Below, piece after piece: positions 1 through 11,071 of a DNA stretch of 64,000 nucleotides. Source of the DNA: an uncultured Gemmatimonadales bacterium (GTDB lineage Bacteria > Gemmatimonadota > Gemmatimonadetes > Gemmatimonadales > GWC2-71-9); contig CAVVKJ010000014.1 in the NCBI GenBank assembly GCA_963748815.1, forward strand, positions 32,001 to 96,000, given 5' to 3'. How positions within the stretch are numbered: position 1 is the stretch's first letter; each line of letters opens with the position of its first letter. A program made the position numbers and the translations under genes. Under the pieces are notes generated by a model. That model worked only from the letters and a program-made list of their open reading frames with translations, was not told the DNA's origin and did not search any database.

Positions 1-412
1 CGGCGCGGTCGCCCGCCTGAGCGGCGCGACGACCAGGTTCGGCGCCTTCTACGACTCGACCCTGGACCGCGTGAGCGACGGCGCCACCTTCATCGGGATC
101 GCCGCCTACCTGCTGCACGCGCCGGACGTGGCCTACCGGAACCTCGCCGTCATCCTCGCGATGGTGGCCACGCTTGCCTCGCTCGTCGTGTCCTATGCCC
201 GGGCGCGCGCCGAGGGGCTGGGCATCGACTGCAAGGTCGGGATCGCCCAGCGCGCGGAGCGGATCATCGGGCTCGGAACCGCGTCGCTGCTGGTCGGCGC
301 AGGGCCGCAGGCGCTGGTGTTGGAGGGGATCGTCGCCCTCCTCGCCATCGCCTCCATCATCACCGTCGTGCAGCGTTTCGTCTTTGTGTATCGCGCAACC
401 AATGGGGCGTAG
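1..412 (+). CDS. CDP-alcohol phosphatidyltransferase (PIP synthase/PgsA-like), 5' truncated by window edge
   Basis: Frame upstream of the ORF call reads ...TTRFGAFYDSTLDRVSDG (CDP-alcohol transferase motif), then SYARARAEGLG...GIAQRAER; adjacent to ino1. Confidence 0.85.
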   Translation, partial: GAVARLSGATTRFGAFYDSTLDRVSDGATFIGIAAYLLHAPDVAYRNLAVILAMVATLASLVVSYARARAEGLGIDCKVGIAQRAERIIGLGTASLLVGAGPQALVLEGIVALLAIASIITVVQRFVFVYRATNGA

Positions 413-466
413 GGGCATCGCAGACGGTGCCCCGACGCCCCTCTCTGACATACCACACGTGAAAGG

Positions 467-1803
<1,337 letters not shown>

Positions 1804-1804
<1 letters not shown>

Positions 1805-2094
1805 TGAAGTACTTCCATCGCACCAGCATCGCCCCTGACGCCGCCGTCGCGCGCGCCGCCGAGTACTTCGGCGCGCGGCTGACCCCGATCGAGGAGACCC
1901 CGCGCCGCCGCCGTTTTGGCGGGACGCTGGGGCAGATCGCCGTGACGGTCCAGGCGGAGGGGGGGCACTACACCCTGATCACGATCGACACCGACCAGCC
2001 GGGGGAGAGCGAGCTCGACAAGCTCGCCAAGCGCTTTCTCACGGTCGTGCACACCATGGCGGACCCCGCGCACGAGCCGCGGGGCGCCTACTGA
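1804..2094 (+). CDS. hypothetical protein (96 aa, MKYFHRTSIAP...)
   Basis: ATG overlaps the ino1 stop (TGATG); host-like codon usage. Confidence 0.75.
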
Positions 2095-2136
2095 GCCGTC
2101 GCCCGCCGGCGGCACCCTTTCCGGAGATACCGAGTC

Positions 2137-4578
2137 ATGCCTCGTCTGGCCTTGCGGTGGCGTAACGCACTCCTCCTGCCCTTCCTGATGCTCCCGCTCC
2201 TGGCCGGCGTCGCCGCGGCGCAGGACGCCGCTCCGGCGCATCGCCCGGGCGGGGAGGTCAACCTCCTGTTGCCCGACCTGAACCAGGGCAACTTCCTCGG
2301 GTATACCGGGCACCAGATCCTGCTCTCCGGGATCGTCGTGTGCGTCCTCGGCCTGCTCTTCGGGCTCTGGAGCTACGCCGCCGTCAAGCAGATGCCGGTC
2401 CACAAGGCGATGGCCGACGTGTCGGACATCATCTACGAGACCTGCAAGGCCTACATGATCCAGCAGGGCAAGTTCCTGATGGGGCTCTGGGTCTTCGTCA
2501 GCGCCGTCATCATCGTCTACTTTCTGCTCACCGGCCTCGAACTCCCCAAGATCGCCATCATCCTCCTCTTCTCGCTCATCGGCATGGCGGGGAGCTACGG
2601 CGTCGCCTGGTTCGGCATCCGGATCAACACGCTGGCCAATTCGCGCACCGCGTTCGCCTCGCTCCGCGGCAAGGGGTGGCCCGTCTCGGAAATCCCGCTC
2701 CGCGCCGGGATGAGCGTCGGGATGATGTTGATCGCGGTCGAGCTGCTGTTCATGCTCGGCATCCTCCTCTTCATCCCCGCCGACGTGGCCGGCGCCTGCT
2801 TCCTCGGCTTCGCCATCGGCGAGTCGCTGGGCGCCGCGGCGCTCCGCATTGCCGGCGGCATCTTCACCAAGATTGCCGACATCGGCGCCGACCTGATGAA
2901 GGTCGTGTTCAAGATCAAGGAAGACGACGCCCGCAACCCCGGCGTCATCGCCGACTGCACCGGCGACAACGCCGGCGACTCGGTCGGCCCCACCGCCGAC
3001 GGCTTCGAGACCTACGGCGTCACCGGCGTCGCGCTGATCACCTTCATCGTGCTGGCGGTGCCGGACACCACGGTGCAGGCCAAGCTGCTGGTCTGGATCT
3101 TCCTGATGCGGGTGATGATGGTCATCGCCTCGGGCCTCTCCTACCTCGTCAGCAACGCGGTGTCGAAGGCCAAGTACCGCGCCGCGGTGAAGTTCGACTT
3201 CGAACACCCGCTCACCCAGCTCGTCTGGCTCACGTCCATCGTCTCGGTCATCGCGACCTACGTCGTGTCCTACTTCATCATCCCGGAACTGGGCGGCAAC
3301 ACCGCGCTCTGGTGGCAGCTCTCCACGGTCATCAGCTGCGGCACGCTGGCCGGCGCGATCATCCCCGAGCTGGTGAAGGTGTTCACCTCCACCTCCTCGC
3401 GGCACGTGCGCGAAGTGGTCACCAGCTCCCGCGAGGGCGGGGCGTCGCTCAACATCCTGTCGGGCCTCGTGGCCGGCAACTTCTCGGCGTACTGGCTCGG
3501 CCTGACCATCATGGGCCTGATGGCCGCCGCCTACGGCGTCAGCACGATGGGGCTGAGCGACGGCATCATGCTGGCGCCCGCCATCTTCGCCTTCGGCCTG
3601 GTGGCGTTCGGGTTCCTCGGCATGGGCCCCGTGACCATCGCGGTCGACAGCTACGGACCGGTGACCGACAACGCCCAGTCGGTGTTCGAGCTCTCCACCA
3701 TCGAGCAGATGCCCGGCATCGAGGCGGAGATCAAGCGGGACTTCGGCTTCGACGTCGACTTCAACACCGCCAAGGAACTGCTCGAGGAAAACGACGGCGC
3801 GGGCAACACCTTCAAGGCCACCGCCAAGCCGGTGCTCATCGGCACCGCGGTCGTCGGCGCCACCACGATGATCTTCTCGATCATCATGGCGCTGACCCAC
3901 GGCCTCCAGAGCGGCATGGACAACCTGTCCATCCTGCACCCGCCCTTCCTCCTCGGCCTCATCACCGGCGGGGCGGTCATCTACTGGTTTACCGGCGCCT
4001 CGATGCAGGCGGTGACCACCGGCGCCTACCGCGCCGTGGAGTTCATCAAGGCCAACATCGTGCTCGAGGGCGTCACCAAGGCCTCCGTCGAGGACAGCAA
4101 GAAGGTCGTCGAGATCTGCACCCAGTACGCGCAGAAGGGGATGCTCAACATCTTCCTGGCGGTGTTCTTCTCGACGCTCGCCTTCGCCTTTGCCGAGCCC
4201 TTCTTCTTCATCGGCTACCTGATTTCCATCGCGCTCTTCGGACTCTACCAGGCCATCTTCATGGCCAACGCCGGCGGCGCCTGGGACAACGCGAAGAAGA
4301 TCGTGGAGACCGAGCTCAAGGCGAAGGGGACGCCGCTGCACGACGCGTCCATTGTCGGCGACACGGTCGGCGACCCCTTCAAGGACACGTCGTCGGTGGC
4401 GCTCAACCCCGTCATCAAGTTCACCACGCTCTTCGGCCTCCTGGCCGTCGAGCTCGGCGTCTACCTGGCCGCCGAGAAGGGCAGCGTGCTGCTGCACGTG
4501 CTGGCCGTCGCCTTCTTCCTGGTGAGCACCGTCTTCGTGTACCGGTCGTTCTACGGCATGCGGATCGAAACGCAGTAA
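2137..4578 (+). CDS. hppA: membrane-bound H+/Na+-translocating pyrophosphatase
   Basis: GGIFTKIADIGADL, EDDARNPGVIAD, GDNAGD, AGGAWDNAKK and GDTVGDPFKDT motifs; many transmembrane helices. Confidence 0.95.
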   Translation: MPRLALRWRNALLLPFLMLPLLAGVAAAQDAAPAHRPGGEVNLLLPDLNQGNFLGYTGHQILLSGIVVCVLGLLFGLWSYAAVKQMPVHKAMADVSDIIYETCKAYMIQQGKFLMGLWVFVSAVIIVYFLLTGLELPKIAIILLFSLIGMAGSYGVAWFGIRINTLANSRTAFASLRGKGWPVSEIPLRAGMSVGMMLIAVELLFMLGILLFIPADVAGACFLGFAIGESLGAAALRIAGGIFTKIADIGADLMKVVFKIKEDDARNPGVIADCTGDNAGDSVGPTADGFETYGVTGVALITFIVLAVPDTTVQAKLLVWIFLMRVMMVIASGLSYLVSNAVSKAKYRAAVKFDFEHPLTQLVWLTSIVSVIATYVVSYFIIPELGGNTALWWQLSTVISCGTLAGAIIPELVKVFTSTSSRHVREVVTSSREGGASLNILSGLVAGNFSAYWLGLTIMGLMAAAYGVSTMGLSDGIMLAPAIFAFGLVAFGFLGMGPVTIAVDSYGPVTDNAQSVFELSTIEQMPGIEAEIKRDFGFDVDFNTAKELLEENDGAGNTFKATAKPVLIGTAVVGATTMIFSIIMALTHGLQSGMDNLSILHPPFLLGLITGGAVIYWFTGASMQAVTTGAYRAVEFIKANIVLEGVTKASVEDSKKVVEICTQYAQKGMLNIFLAVFFSTLAFAFAEPFFFIGYLISIALFGLYQAIFMANAGGAWDNAKKIVETELKAKGTPLHDASIVGDTVGDPFKDTSSVALNPVIKFTTLFGLLAVELGVYLAAEKGSVLLHVLAVAFFLVSTVFVYRSFYGMRIETQ

Positions 4579-4587
4579 CGGACCGAT

Positions 4588-5643
4588 ATGACACCGACTG
4601 CCGCACCGAGCACCACCCCGGCCGCCCCGCCGCACGGGCTGAGCCGGGCCCAGCTGCACGAGATGTACTACTACATGCGACTGACCCGCTCCCTCGAGGA
4701 GCGGCTGGTCAACCTGTACCGCCAGACCAAGGTCATCGGCGGGCTCTTCCGGTCGCTCGGCCAGGAGGCCGACAGCGTCGGCAGCGCCTACGCCCTCGAC
4801 CGCACGAAGGGTGACTTCCTCTCGCCCCTCATCCGGAACCTCGGATCGATGCTGGTGCAGGGCGCCAAGCCGCTGGAGATCCTCCGGCAGTACATGGCCA
4901 AGGCGGAGAGCCCGACGCGGGGCCGCGAGCTCAACATCCACTACGGCGACCTCGAACGGGGGTTCATCGGGCAGATTTCCCACCTCGGCGACATGGTGCC
5001 GGTCATGGCCGGCGTGGCGCTCTCGTTCAAGATGCGGAAGCAGCCGAGGGTGGGGCTGGTCTACGTGGGCGACGGCGCGATGAGCACCGGCGCCTTCCAC
5101 GAGGGCATCAACTTCGCCGCCGTGCAGCGCCTGCCGATGGTCATCGTCTGCGAGAACAACGGGTACTCGTTCAGCACGCCGATGCGGAAGCAGACCGCCG
5201 TGAAGCAGCTCGTCGACAAGGCCGCGGCCTACGGCATCCCCGGGGAGCGGGCGGACGGCAACGACGTGCTCGCCGTGTACGGCGTCACCAGGCCGGCGGT
5301 GGAGCGGGCGCGGCAGGGCGGGGGCTGCACCCTGATCGAGCTGGTCACCTACCGGCGGAAGGGGCACGCGGAGCACGACAACCAGTCCTACCAGTCCAAG
5401 GCGGAGATCGCGGAGTGGGAGGCGAAGGACCCCGTCGATCGGTGCGTCCGCGACTACCTCGCGGCGGGGTGGGCCACCACCGCGGAGCTGGCGGCCATCG
5501 ACGCCCGGGTCGAGGCGCTCCTCGACGAGGCCGTCGGGATCTGTGAGAATGAGCCGATGCCCGGGGCGTTGACGGCGCTCGACGGCGTGCTGGCCGACCC
5601 GGCCCGCGCCGAGCTCGAATGGTACCGGAGGACCGATGGCTGA
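4588..5643 (+). CDS. 2-oxoacid (pyruvate/branched-chain) dehydrogenase E1 alpha
   Basis: GDGA...NN ThDP-binding motif; TYRRKGHAEHD loop. Confidence 0.9.
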   Translation: MTPTAAPSTTPAAPPHGLSRAQLHEMYYYMRLTRSLEERLVNLYRQTKVIGGLFRSLGQEADSVGSAYALDRTKGDFLSPLIRNLGSMLVQGAKPLEILRQYMAKAESPTRGRELNIHYGDLERGFIGQISHLGDMVPVMAGVALSFKMRKQPRVGLVYVGDGAMSTGAFHEGINFAAVQRLPMVIVCENNGYSFSTPMRKQTAVKQLVDKAAAYGIPGERADGNDVLAVYGVTRPAVERARQGGGCTLIELVTYRRKGHAEHDNQSYQSKAEIAEWEAKDPVDRCVRDYLAAGWATTAELAAIDARVEALLDEAVGICENEPMPGALTALDGVLADPARAELEWYRRTDG

Positions 5644-6616
5644 GGTGACGTACCTCGAGGCGATTCGCCAGGGGATGCAGGAGGAAATGCGGCGCGACGA
5701 GAACGTCTTCATCCTCGGCGAGGACATTGGCGCCTATGGCGGGGCGTTCAAGGTGACCGACGGGTTCCTCGCCGAGTTCGGGGAGCAGCGGGTCATCGAT
5801 ACGCCGATCGCCGAGGCCGCCATCGTGGGCGCGGCGGCGGGCGCGGCGCACATGGGGCTCCGGCCCATCGCGGAAATGCAGTTCATCGACTTCATCTCCT
5901 GCGCCTACGACATGCTCACCAACTACGTGGCGACGGCGCGGTACCGGGCCGGGCTCCCGACACCGATGGTGGTCCGCGGGCCCTCCGGCGGGTATGTCCG
6001 CGGCGGGCCGTTCCACTCCCAGAACCCCGAGGCGGCGTTCCTCCACACCCCCGGGCTCAAGATCGTCTGCCCCGCCACCGCGCGGGACGCGAAGGGGCTC
6101 ATCAAGAGCGCCATTCGCGACGATGATCCGGTGCTCTATTTCGAGCACAAGTTCCTGTACCGACGGATCAAGGAGGACCTGCCCGAGGGCGAGGAGATCC
6201 TGACGCCGATCGGGAAGGCGCGGGTGGCCCGTGAGGGCCGGGACCTGACGATCATCACCTGGTCCGCTATGGTGTATAAGGCGCTGGAAGCGGCGGAACG
6301 GCTGGAAAAGGAGGACGGGCTCCAGGTCGAGGTGCTCGACCTCCGGACGCTGCTGCCGATGGACGACGAGGCGATCATGGCCTCGGTCCGGAAGACCAAC
6401 CGGGTGCTGATCGCGCACGAGGACACCCGCACCGGCGGCGTGGCCGGCGAAATCACCGCCCGCATCAACGACCAGGCGTTCGAATGGCTCGACGCCCCGG
6501 TCAAGCGCGTGACGGCGCACGACGTGCCGTTGCCCTACGCGCCGACGCTCGAAGACTTTGTGCTGCCGCAGACGGACGACCTGGTGCTCGCCGCCCGCTG
6601 GCTGGCCGCTTACTAG
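5636..6616 (+). CDS. 2-oxoacid dehydrogenase E1 beta
   Basis: GEDIGAYGGAFKVT, DTPIAE, EMQFIDF and PFHSQ motifs. Confidence 0.92.
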   Translation: MAEVTYLEAIRQGMQEEMRRDENVFILGEDIGAYGGAFKVTDGFLAEFGEQRVIDTPIAEAAIVGAAAGAAHMGLRPIAEMQFIDFISCAYDMLTNYVATARYRAGLPTPMVVRGPSGGYVRGGPFHSQNPEAAFLHTPGLKIVCPATARDAKGLIKSAIRDDDPVLYFEHKFLYRRIKEDLPEGEEILTPIGKARVAREGRDLTIITWSAMVYKALEAAERLEKEDGLQVEVLDLRTLLPMDDEAIMASVRKTNRVLIAHEDTRTGGVAGEITARINDQAFEWLDAPVKRVTAHDVPLPYAPTLEDFVLPQTDDLVLAARWLAAY

Positions 6617-6634
6617 GAATTGGGAGAGGTTCGC

Positions 6635-8008
6635 ATGGCGAAGATCGACGTGATCATGCCCCAGATGGGTGAGTCCATCGCCGAGGGGACGCTGTCGCGG
6701 TGGATGAAGAAGGTCGGCGACGCGGTCAAGCGCGACGAGCCGATCTTCGAGATCTCCACCGACAAGGTCGACGCGGAAATTCCCGCGCCCCAGGCCGGCG
6801 TCCTGGTCGAGATCCTGGTGCAGGAAGGGGAGACGGTCGCGATCCAGACCGTCGTCGCCCGGCTGGAGACGGACGCCAGCGCGGCGGCGGCAGCTCCAGC
6901 TCCCGCCCCGGCCGCCCCGGCCGCCCCGGCGGCGCCGGCACCAGCCGTCCCCAAGTCAGCCCCCGCGGCTGTTGCTGCACCCGTCCCCGCTTCCCCGCTG
7001 ACGACTTCCCCGCCTCCGGCGAGCACCGGCGCGGAATCGGCGGACGAGCGGTTGCGCCGGAAAAGCACCCCCCTCGTCCGCAAGATGGCCGCCGAGCACA
7101 ACCTCGACATCAGCGCCATCGCGGGGAGCGGACACGCCGGCCGCGTGACCAAGAGTGACGTTCTCTCCTACCTCGAGACTGCCCCCGCCGTCACCCCGGC
7201 GGAAGCCGGGGCCCGCAGCCCCGCGGCCCCGCCGGCGCCCGCCGCGGGCGCTCGCGGTGCGAGCCGCCTCATCGAAGTCCCGTCGCCTGTCGTCGAGCCG
7301 TGGGAAGGGGACCGGGTCGAGCCGTGGAGCAAGATCCGGAAGCTCACCGCCGATCACATGATCATGTCGCGCCGGGTGTCGGCGCACGTGAACAGCCTCT
7401 TCGAGATCGACTTCACCCGGGTCGCGCAGGTGCGCGCCGCCCGCAAGAAGGAATACGCCGAGCGCGGCGTGAACCTGACCTTCCTGGCGTTCATCGTGAA
7501 GGCGGTCGCCGACACCATCCGGAAGCATCCGGGCGTCAACGCCGCCGTCATGGGCGACGCCACCGTCTTCCGCCGCGACATCAACATCGGCATTGCCGTG
7601 GCGCTCGACTGGGGCCTCATCGTCCCCGTCATCAAGCGTGCCGACGAGCTGTCGCTCCTCGGCGTAGCCCGGGCCATCAACGACCTCGGCGAGCGCGCGC
7701 GCAACAAGAAGCTCACCCCGGACGAGGTGCAGCGCGGCACCTTCACCATCACCAATCCGGGCGGCTTCGGCTCCTTTGCCGGCACGCCGATCATCAACCA
7801 GCCGCAGGTGGCCATCCTGGGCATCGGCGCCATCGAGAAGCGGCCGCACGTGGTCACGGCGCCCGATGGGACCGACGCCCTCGCCATCCGGACCAAGGGA
7901 ATGTTCACCATGGCCTACGACCATCGCATTGTCGATGGCGCCGACGCCGACCGCTTCCTGGCCGACCTGAAGACCGCCCTGCAGACCTTCCCCGACACCG
8001 GCGCCTGA
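6635..8008 (+). CDS. dihydrolipoamide acyltransferase E2
   Basis: Lipoyl domain (STDKVDAEIP), Ala/Pro linker, E3-binding domain (STPLVRKMA...GRVTKSDV), catalytic DHRIVDG. Confidence 0.92.
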   Translation: MAKIDVIMPQMGESIAEGTLSRWMKKVGDAVKRDEPIFEISTDKVDAEIPAPQAGVLVEILVQEGETVAIQTVVARLETDASAAAAAPAPAPAAPAAPAAPAPAVPKSAPAAVAAPVPASPLTTSPPPASTGAESADERLRRKSTPLVRKMAAEHNLDISAIAGSGHAGRVTKSDVLSYLETAPAVTPAEAGARSPAAPPAPAAGARGASRLIEVPSPVVEPWEGDRVEPWSKIRKLTADHMIMSRRVSAHVNSLFEIDFTRVAQVRAARKKEYAERGVNLTFLAFIVKAVADTIRKHPGVNAAVMGDATVFRRDINIGIAVALDWGLIVPVIKRADELSLLGVARAINDLGERARNKKLTPDEVQRGTFTITNPGGFGSFAGTPIINQPQVAILGIGAIEKRPHVVTAPDGTDALAIRTKGMFTMAYDHRIVDGADADRFLADLKTALQTFPDTGA

Positions 8009-8011
8009 GCG

Positions 8012-8312
8012 GTGGCCCGGGCACTGGCGGCGGCCCGGGTGAGCGTGCCGACGGCGCGGGAAGGGGAGTACCTCGCCCTGGCCGGTCGACTCGCCGCGCT
8101 GCTGAAGGCGCGGGGCCAGCACCTCTGGGTGTTCCGGCATCCCGACCGCCCCGGTGCGTTCCTGGAGTTTCGGGAGTCGGCCGACGGCGACGGCCCACTC
8201 GGCCCTGGCGCCGACGCCGGACGAAGCCGCGCTGCTCGGCGCCCTGCGAGGCGTCGCATCGTACGATCCCGGCGCCGACGAGCTCTGGCTCGAAGTTTCC
8301 CTGGCGGACTGA
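8012..8312 (+). CDS. hypothetical protein, +1 frameshift near 8190-8215
   Basis: MARALAAARVSV...LWVFRHP...FLEFRE continues in the next frame as DEAALLGALRGVASYDPGADELWLEVSLAD*. Confidence 0.6.
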
Positions 8313-8319
8313 GGTATTC

Positions 8320-8586
8320 ATGCCCACACGCACCATCGACGTCGCCGGCGCGACCTGGCGGGTCACCCCGAGCGGCCGCGTCACCCAGTTCGTGCGCGAC
8401 GAGTTCACCATGCTCTTCACCAGGGGCACCGGGCCCGACCGCGAGGAGCGGGTGGCCAAGTATGCGCCCCTCGGCGCGCGGAGCCGCGAACTGTCCCTGG
8501 CCGAGCTGACCGACGCGCAGCTCCAGGCGCTCTTCAGCCGGTCCCAGCCGTCCTGGACCTCGCCTGACACGGGGTATCGGCGCTGA
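8320..8586 (+). CDS. hypothetical protein (MPTRTIDVAGATWRVTPSGRVTQ...)
   Basis: GAGGT SD upstream; fits the operon; typical codon usage. Confidence 0.7.
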   Translation: MPTRTIDVAGATWRVTPSGRVTQFVRDEFTMLFTRGTGPDREERVAKYAPLGARSRELSLAELTDAQLQALFSRSQPSWTSPDTGYRR

Positions 8587-9425
8587 CTCCTCCTCGGTTC
8601 ATCGACCTGCACATGCACTCCACCGCATCGGACGGCGCCCTGCCGCCGGCCGGCGTCGTGGAGTGCGCCAAGTCCGCGGACCTCGTGGCGATCGCGCTCA
8701 CCGATCACGATTCGGTGGCGGGGGTCGCCGAGGCGGTGACGGCCGGCGAGGCGCTCGGCGTCCGGGTCATCGCTGGCTGCGAGTTCTCCGCGTCGGCCCC
8801 CTGGGGCGAGGTGCACGTGCTCGGCTACTTCCTCCCGGTGGGCGATGAGGCGGTCGAGACGTTTCTCGACCGGTGCCGCGCCGACCGCCGCCGCCGCGCC
8901 GAGGTGATGTGCGGGCGGCTCCAGGAACTCGGGCTGGCGGTGACGCTGGACTCGGTGCTTGAGGAGGCCGCAGGCGGGGCCATCGGCCGCCCGCACGTCG
9001 CGCGCGCCGTGGTGCGCGCCGGCGGCGCGGACGACGTGAACGCCGCCTTCGACCTCTACCTGGGGCGAAACAAGCCCGCCTACGCCGACAAGGTGCTCCC
9101 GACGTTCGCGGAGGTGGCGGACCTGGTGCACGCGGCGGGCGGCATCGTGTCGGCCGCGCACCTGCGTGACCGGGCGACGCGGCCCTACCTGCAGCGGCTG
9201 AAGGCGGAGGGGCTCGACGCCGTGGAGGTGCGGCACCCGCGGCACGCGGCCGAAACGCGGTCGCGGATCGCCGGGCTGGCGACGGCGCTCGACCTGGCGC
9301 GCACCGGCGGGAGCGACTGGCACGGCGACATCGGACCGGGAGAGGAGCACGGCTCCCTCGGCTCCCAGACGGTGCCGGAAGACTGGCTCGAGCGGCTCGA
9401 ATCGCGCCGCCCCACGCCGAAATGA
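8583..9425 (+). CDS. PHP-domain phosphoesterase (YciV/TrpH-like)
   Basis: IDLHMHSTASDG, ALTDHD, GRPH, AH and GGSDWHG motifs; probable CTG start. Confidence 0.88.
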   Translation: MTPPRFIDLHMHSTASDGALPPAGVVECAKSADLVAIALTDHDSVAGVAEAVTAGEALGVRVIAGCEFSASAPWGEVHVLGYFLPVGDEAVETFLDRCRADRRRRAEVMCGRLQELGLAVTLDSVLEEAAGGAIGRPHVARAVVRAGGADDVNAAFDLYLGRNKPAYADKVLPTFAEVADLVHAAGGIVSAAHLRDRATRPYLQRLKAEGLDAVEVRHPRHAAETRSRIAGLATALDLARTGGSDWHGDIGPGEEHGSLGSQTVPEDWLERLESRRPTPK

Positions 9426-10165
9426 CGGACCCCGCCATGGCGATCGCGTGGAATTTCACCGGCAAGGTCGTGCTGGTCACCGGCGTGGCCCGGGTGGGCC
9501 AGATCGGACACGCGGTTGCGCTCGCCTTCGGGCGCGCCGGCGCGAAGCTGGTGCTCTGCGACCGGAATGCGGTGGCGGCGGCGGCGCGGGCCCGGGAATT
9601 CGAGGCGGAGGGCATCGAGGCCCGGCCGACCGCCGGCGACCTGACGGAACCGGACATCGCCCGGCTGGCCGTCGAGACCGCGGTCAAGCATTTCGGGCGG
9701 CTCGATGTCGTGGTGAATGTGGCGGGCGGCCTGACCACCTTCGGGCCGGTCGAGGGAACGACGGCGGCGGATTTCGACCGGGAAATCGCCATCAACCTCA
9801 AGACGACGTTCCTGGTGTCGCAGGCGGCCATCGCCGCGCTGGCCGAGACGCGCGGCGTCATCGTGAATTTCACGTCCATCGCCGTCGTCCAGCCCGCGGA
9901 CCAGATGGCGGTCTATGCCGCGGCCAAGGCGGGCGTCGCGGCGTTTACCCGGAGCCTGGCGGTCGAGGTCCGTGACCGTGGCGTGCGGGTCAACGCCGTG
10001 GCGCCGAGCATGGTCCGCACCAGCGACAACGTGGCCGCCGTCGGCGGCGACGACGTCAGCTGGGTGGAGATGAGGCAAATCACCGATGGAGTCCTCTTCC
10101 TCGCGAGCGACGCCCCCGAGGCCCTTACCGGGCACGTCCTCCCCATCACCAACGGCGCGCCCTGA
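9422..10165 (+). CDS. SDR family oxidoreductase
   Basis: TGVARVGQIG, VNVAG, YAAAK and VRVNAVAP motifs. Confidence 0.88.
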   Translation: MTDPAMAIAWNFTGKVVLVTGVARVGQIGHAVALAFGRAGAKLVLCDRNAVAAAARAREFEAEGIEARPTAGDLTEPDIARLAVETAVKHFGRLDVVVNVAGGLTTFGPVEGTTAADFDREIAINLKTTFLVSQAAIAALAETRGVIVNFTSIAVVQPADQMAVYAAAKAGVAAFTRSLAVEVRDRGVRVNAVAPSMVRTSDNVAAVGGDDVSWVEMRQITDGVLFLASDAPEALTGHVLPITNGAP

Positions 10166-10968
10166 CCCGCTCGCGGTCCACGAATTTGTCGTCGTGGGCG
10201 GCGGCTGTTACGGCACGTTCTACGCGCGCCAGCTGGCGCGCGCGAAGGCGCGCGGCGTCCTCACCTACGCGCGTGTGCTGGTCGTCGACAAGGACCCCGC
10301 CTGCCAGGTGACGCGGGAGCTGCCGCCAGTCGGCTGATCGGGAGTTGGTGGTGCAGGAGTGGGATGGGTTCTTTGATGGGTATCTGCGCCCCTCGGGAGT
10401 CGCGGCTGATCCCGGCTCGGCCTGTCGAAAGCGACGCGATCCTTGTCCGACCGTTCTCACCCCGCCCGTCCCCTGTGGGCCGCCTTCGTACATCGTCCCC
10501 TCCCCCCTCATGCCCCACCTGATGTTCGACTGGCTGAAGCGCCTCGCCGCGCGTCGACCTGGCCCGGGCGTCGCAGTCGCGCAGCAGCCGCTCACCGACC
10601 CCGTCGGCACCCCGTACGACACCCTCGCGCCCGACGGCACCCGCTACGTCTCCTGGGCCGACTGGCTCTGCCCGACGCATTGCATCGAACCGGCCACCTG
10701 CCCGGTCATCCGCGCGCCACGGATGTGGGAGATGTCGGAGACAGCGACGGCCGTCGTGGAGCGGCTCTCCAAGTCCGGGGAGGTGTTCGGCCCCGCGTTG
10801 TTCGTCACCCGGCACCTGACCGACGGCGTGGGCGCGTTCGCGGTGAGCGACGCCGTGGCCGCGGCAGGGCTGCTCGCTCAGGCGGGCGCAAGCGGGCGCC
10901 CGGCCTCGCTGCTCGTCGGCACCGTCTCGGCGTGTCACGGGGCGCTGGGGTTGCTCGGCCTTGGATAG
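10161..10968 (+). CDS. hypothetical protein with N-terminal Rossmann-like motif and Cys cluster; start uncertain, +1 frameshift near 10330
   Basis: VVVGGGCYG...VLVVDKD, then SWADWLCPTHCIEPATCP and GTVSACHG. Confidence 0.65.
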
Positions 10969-11071
10969 ACAGCGGGCATCGACTGCGCCTCGCGCGATGT
11001 GGCGGGCCGCCTCGCCGAGCGATATACTTCAGCATCCCTGAACGATCCCCCTCCTCCAGCGGCGGGACCCA

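Noticed and set aside
10335..10337. In-frame TGA as selenocysteine readthrough
   Set aside because: The coding sequence continues in the +1 frame rather than the same frame
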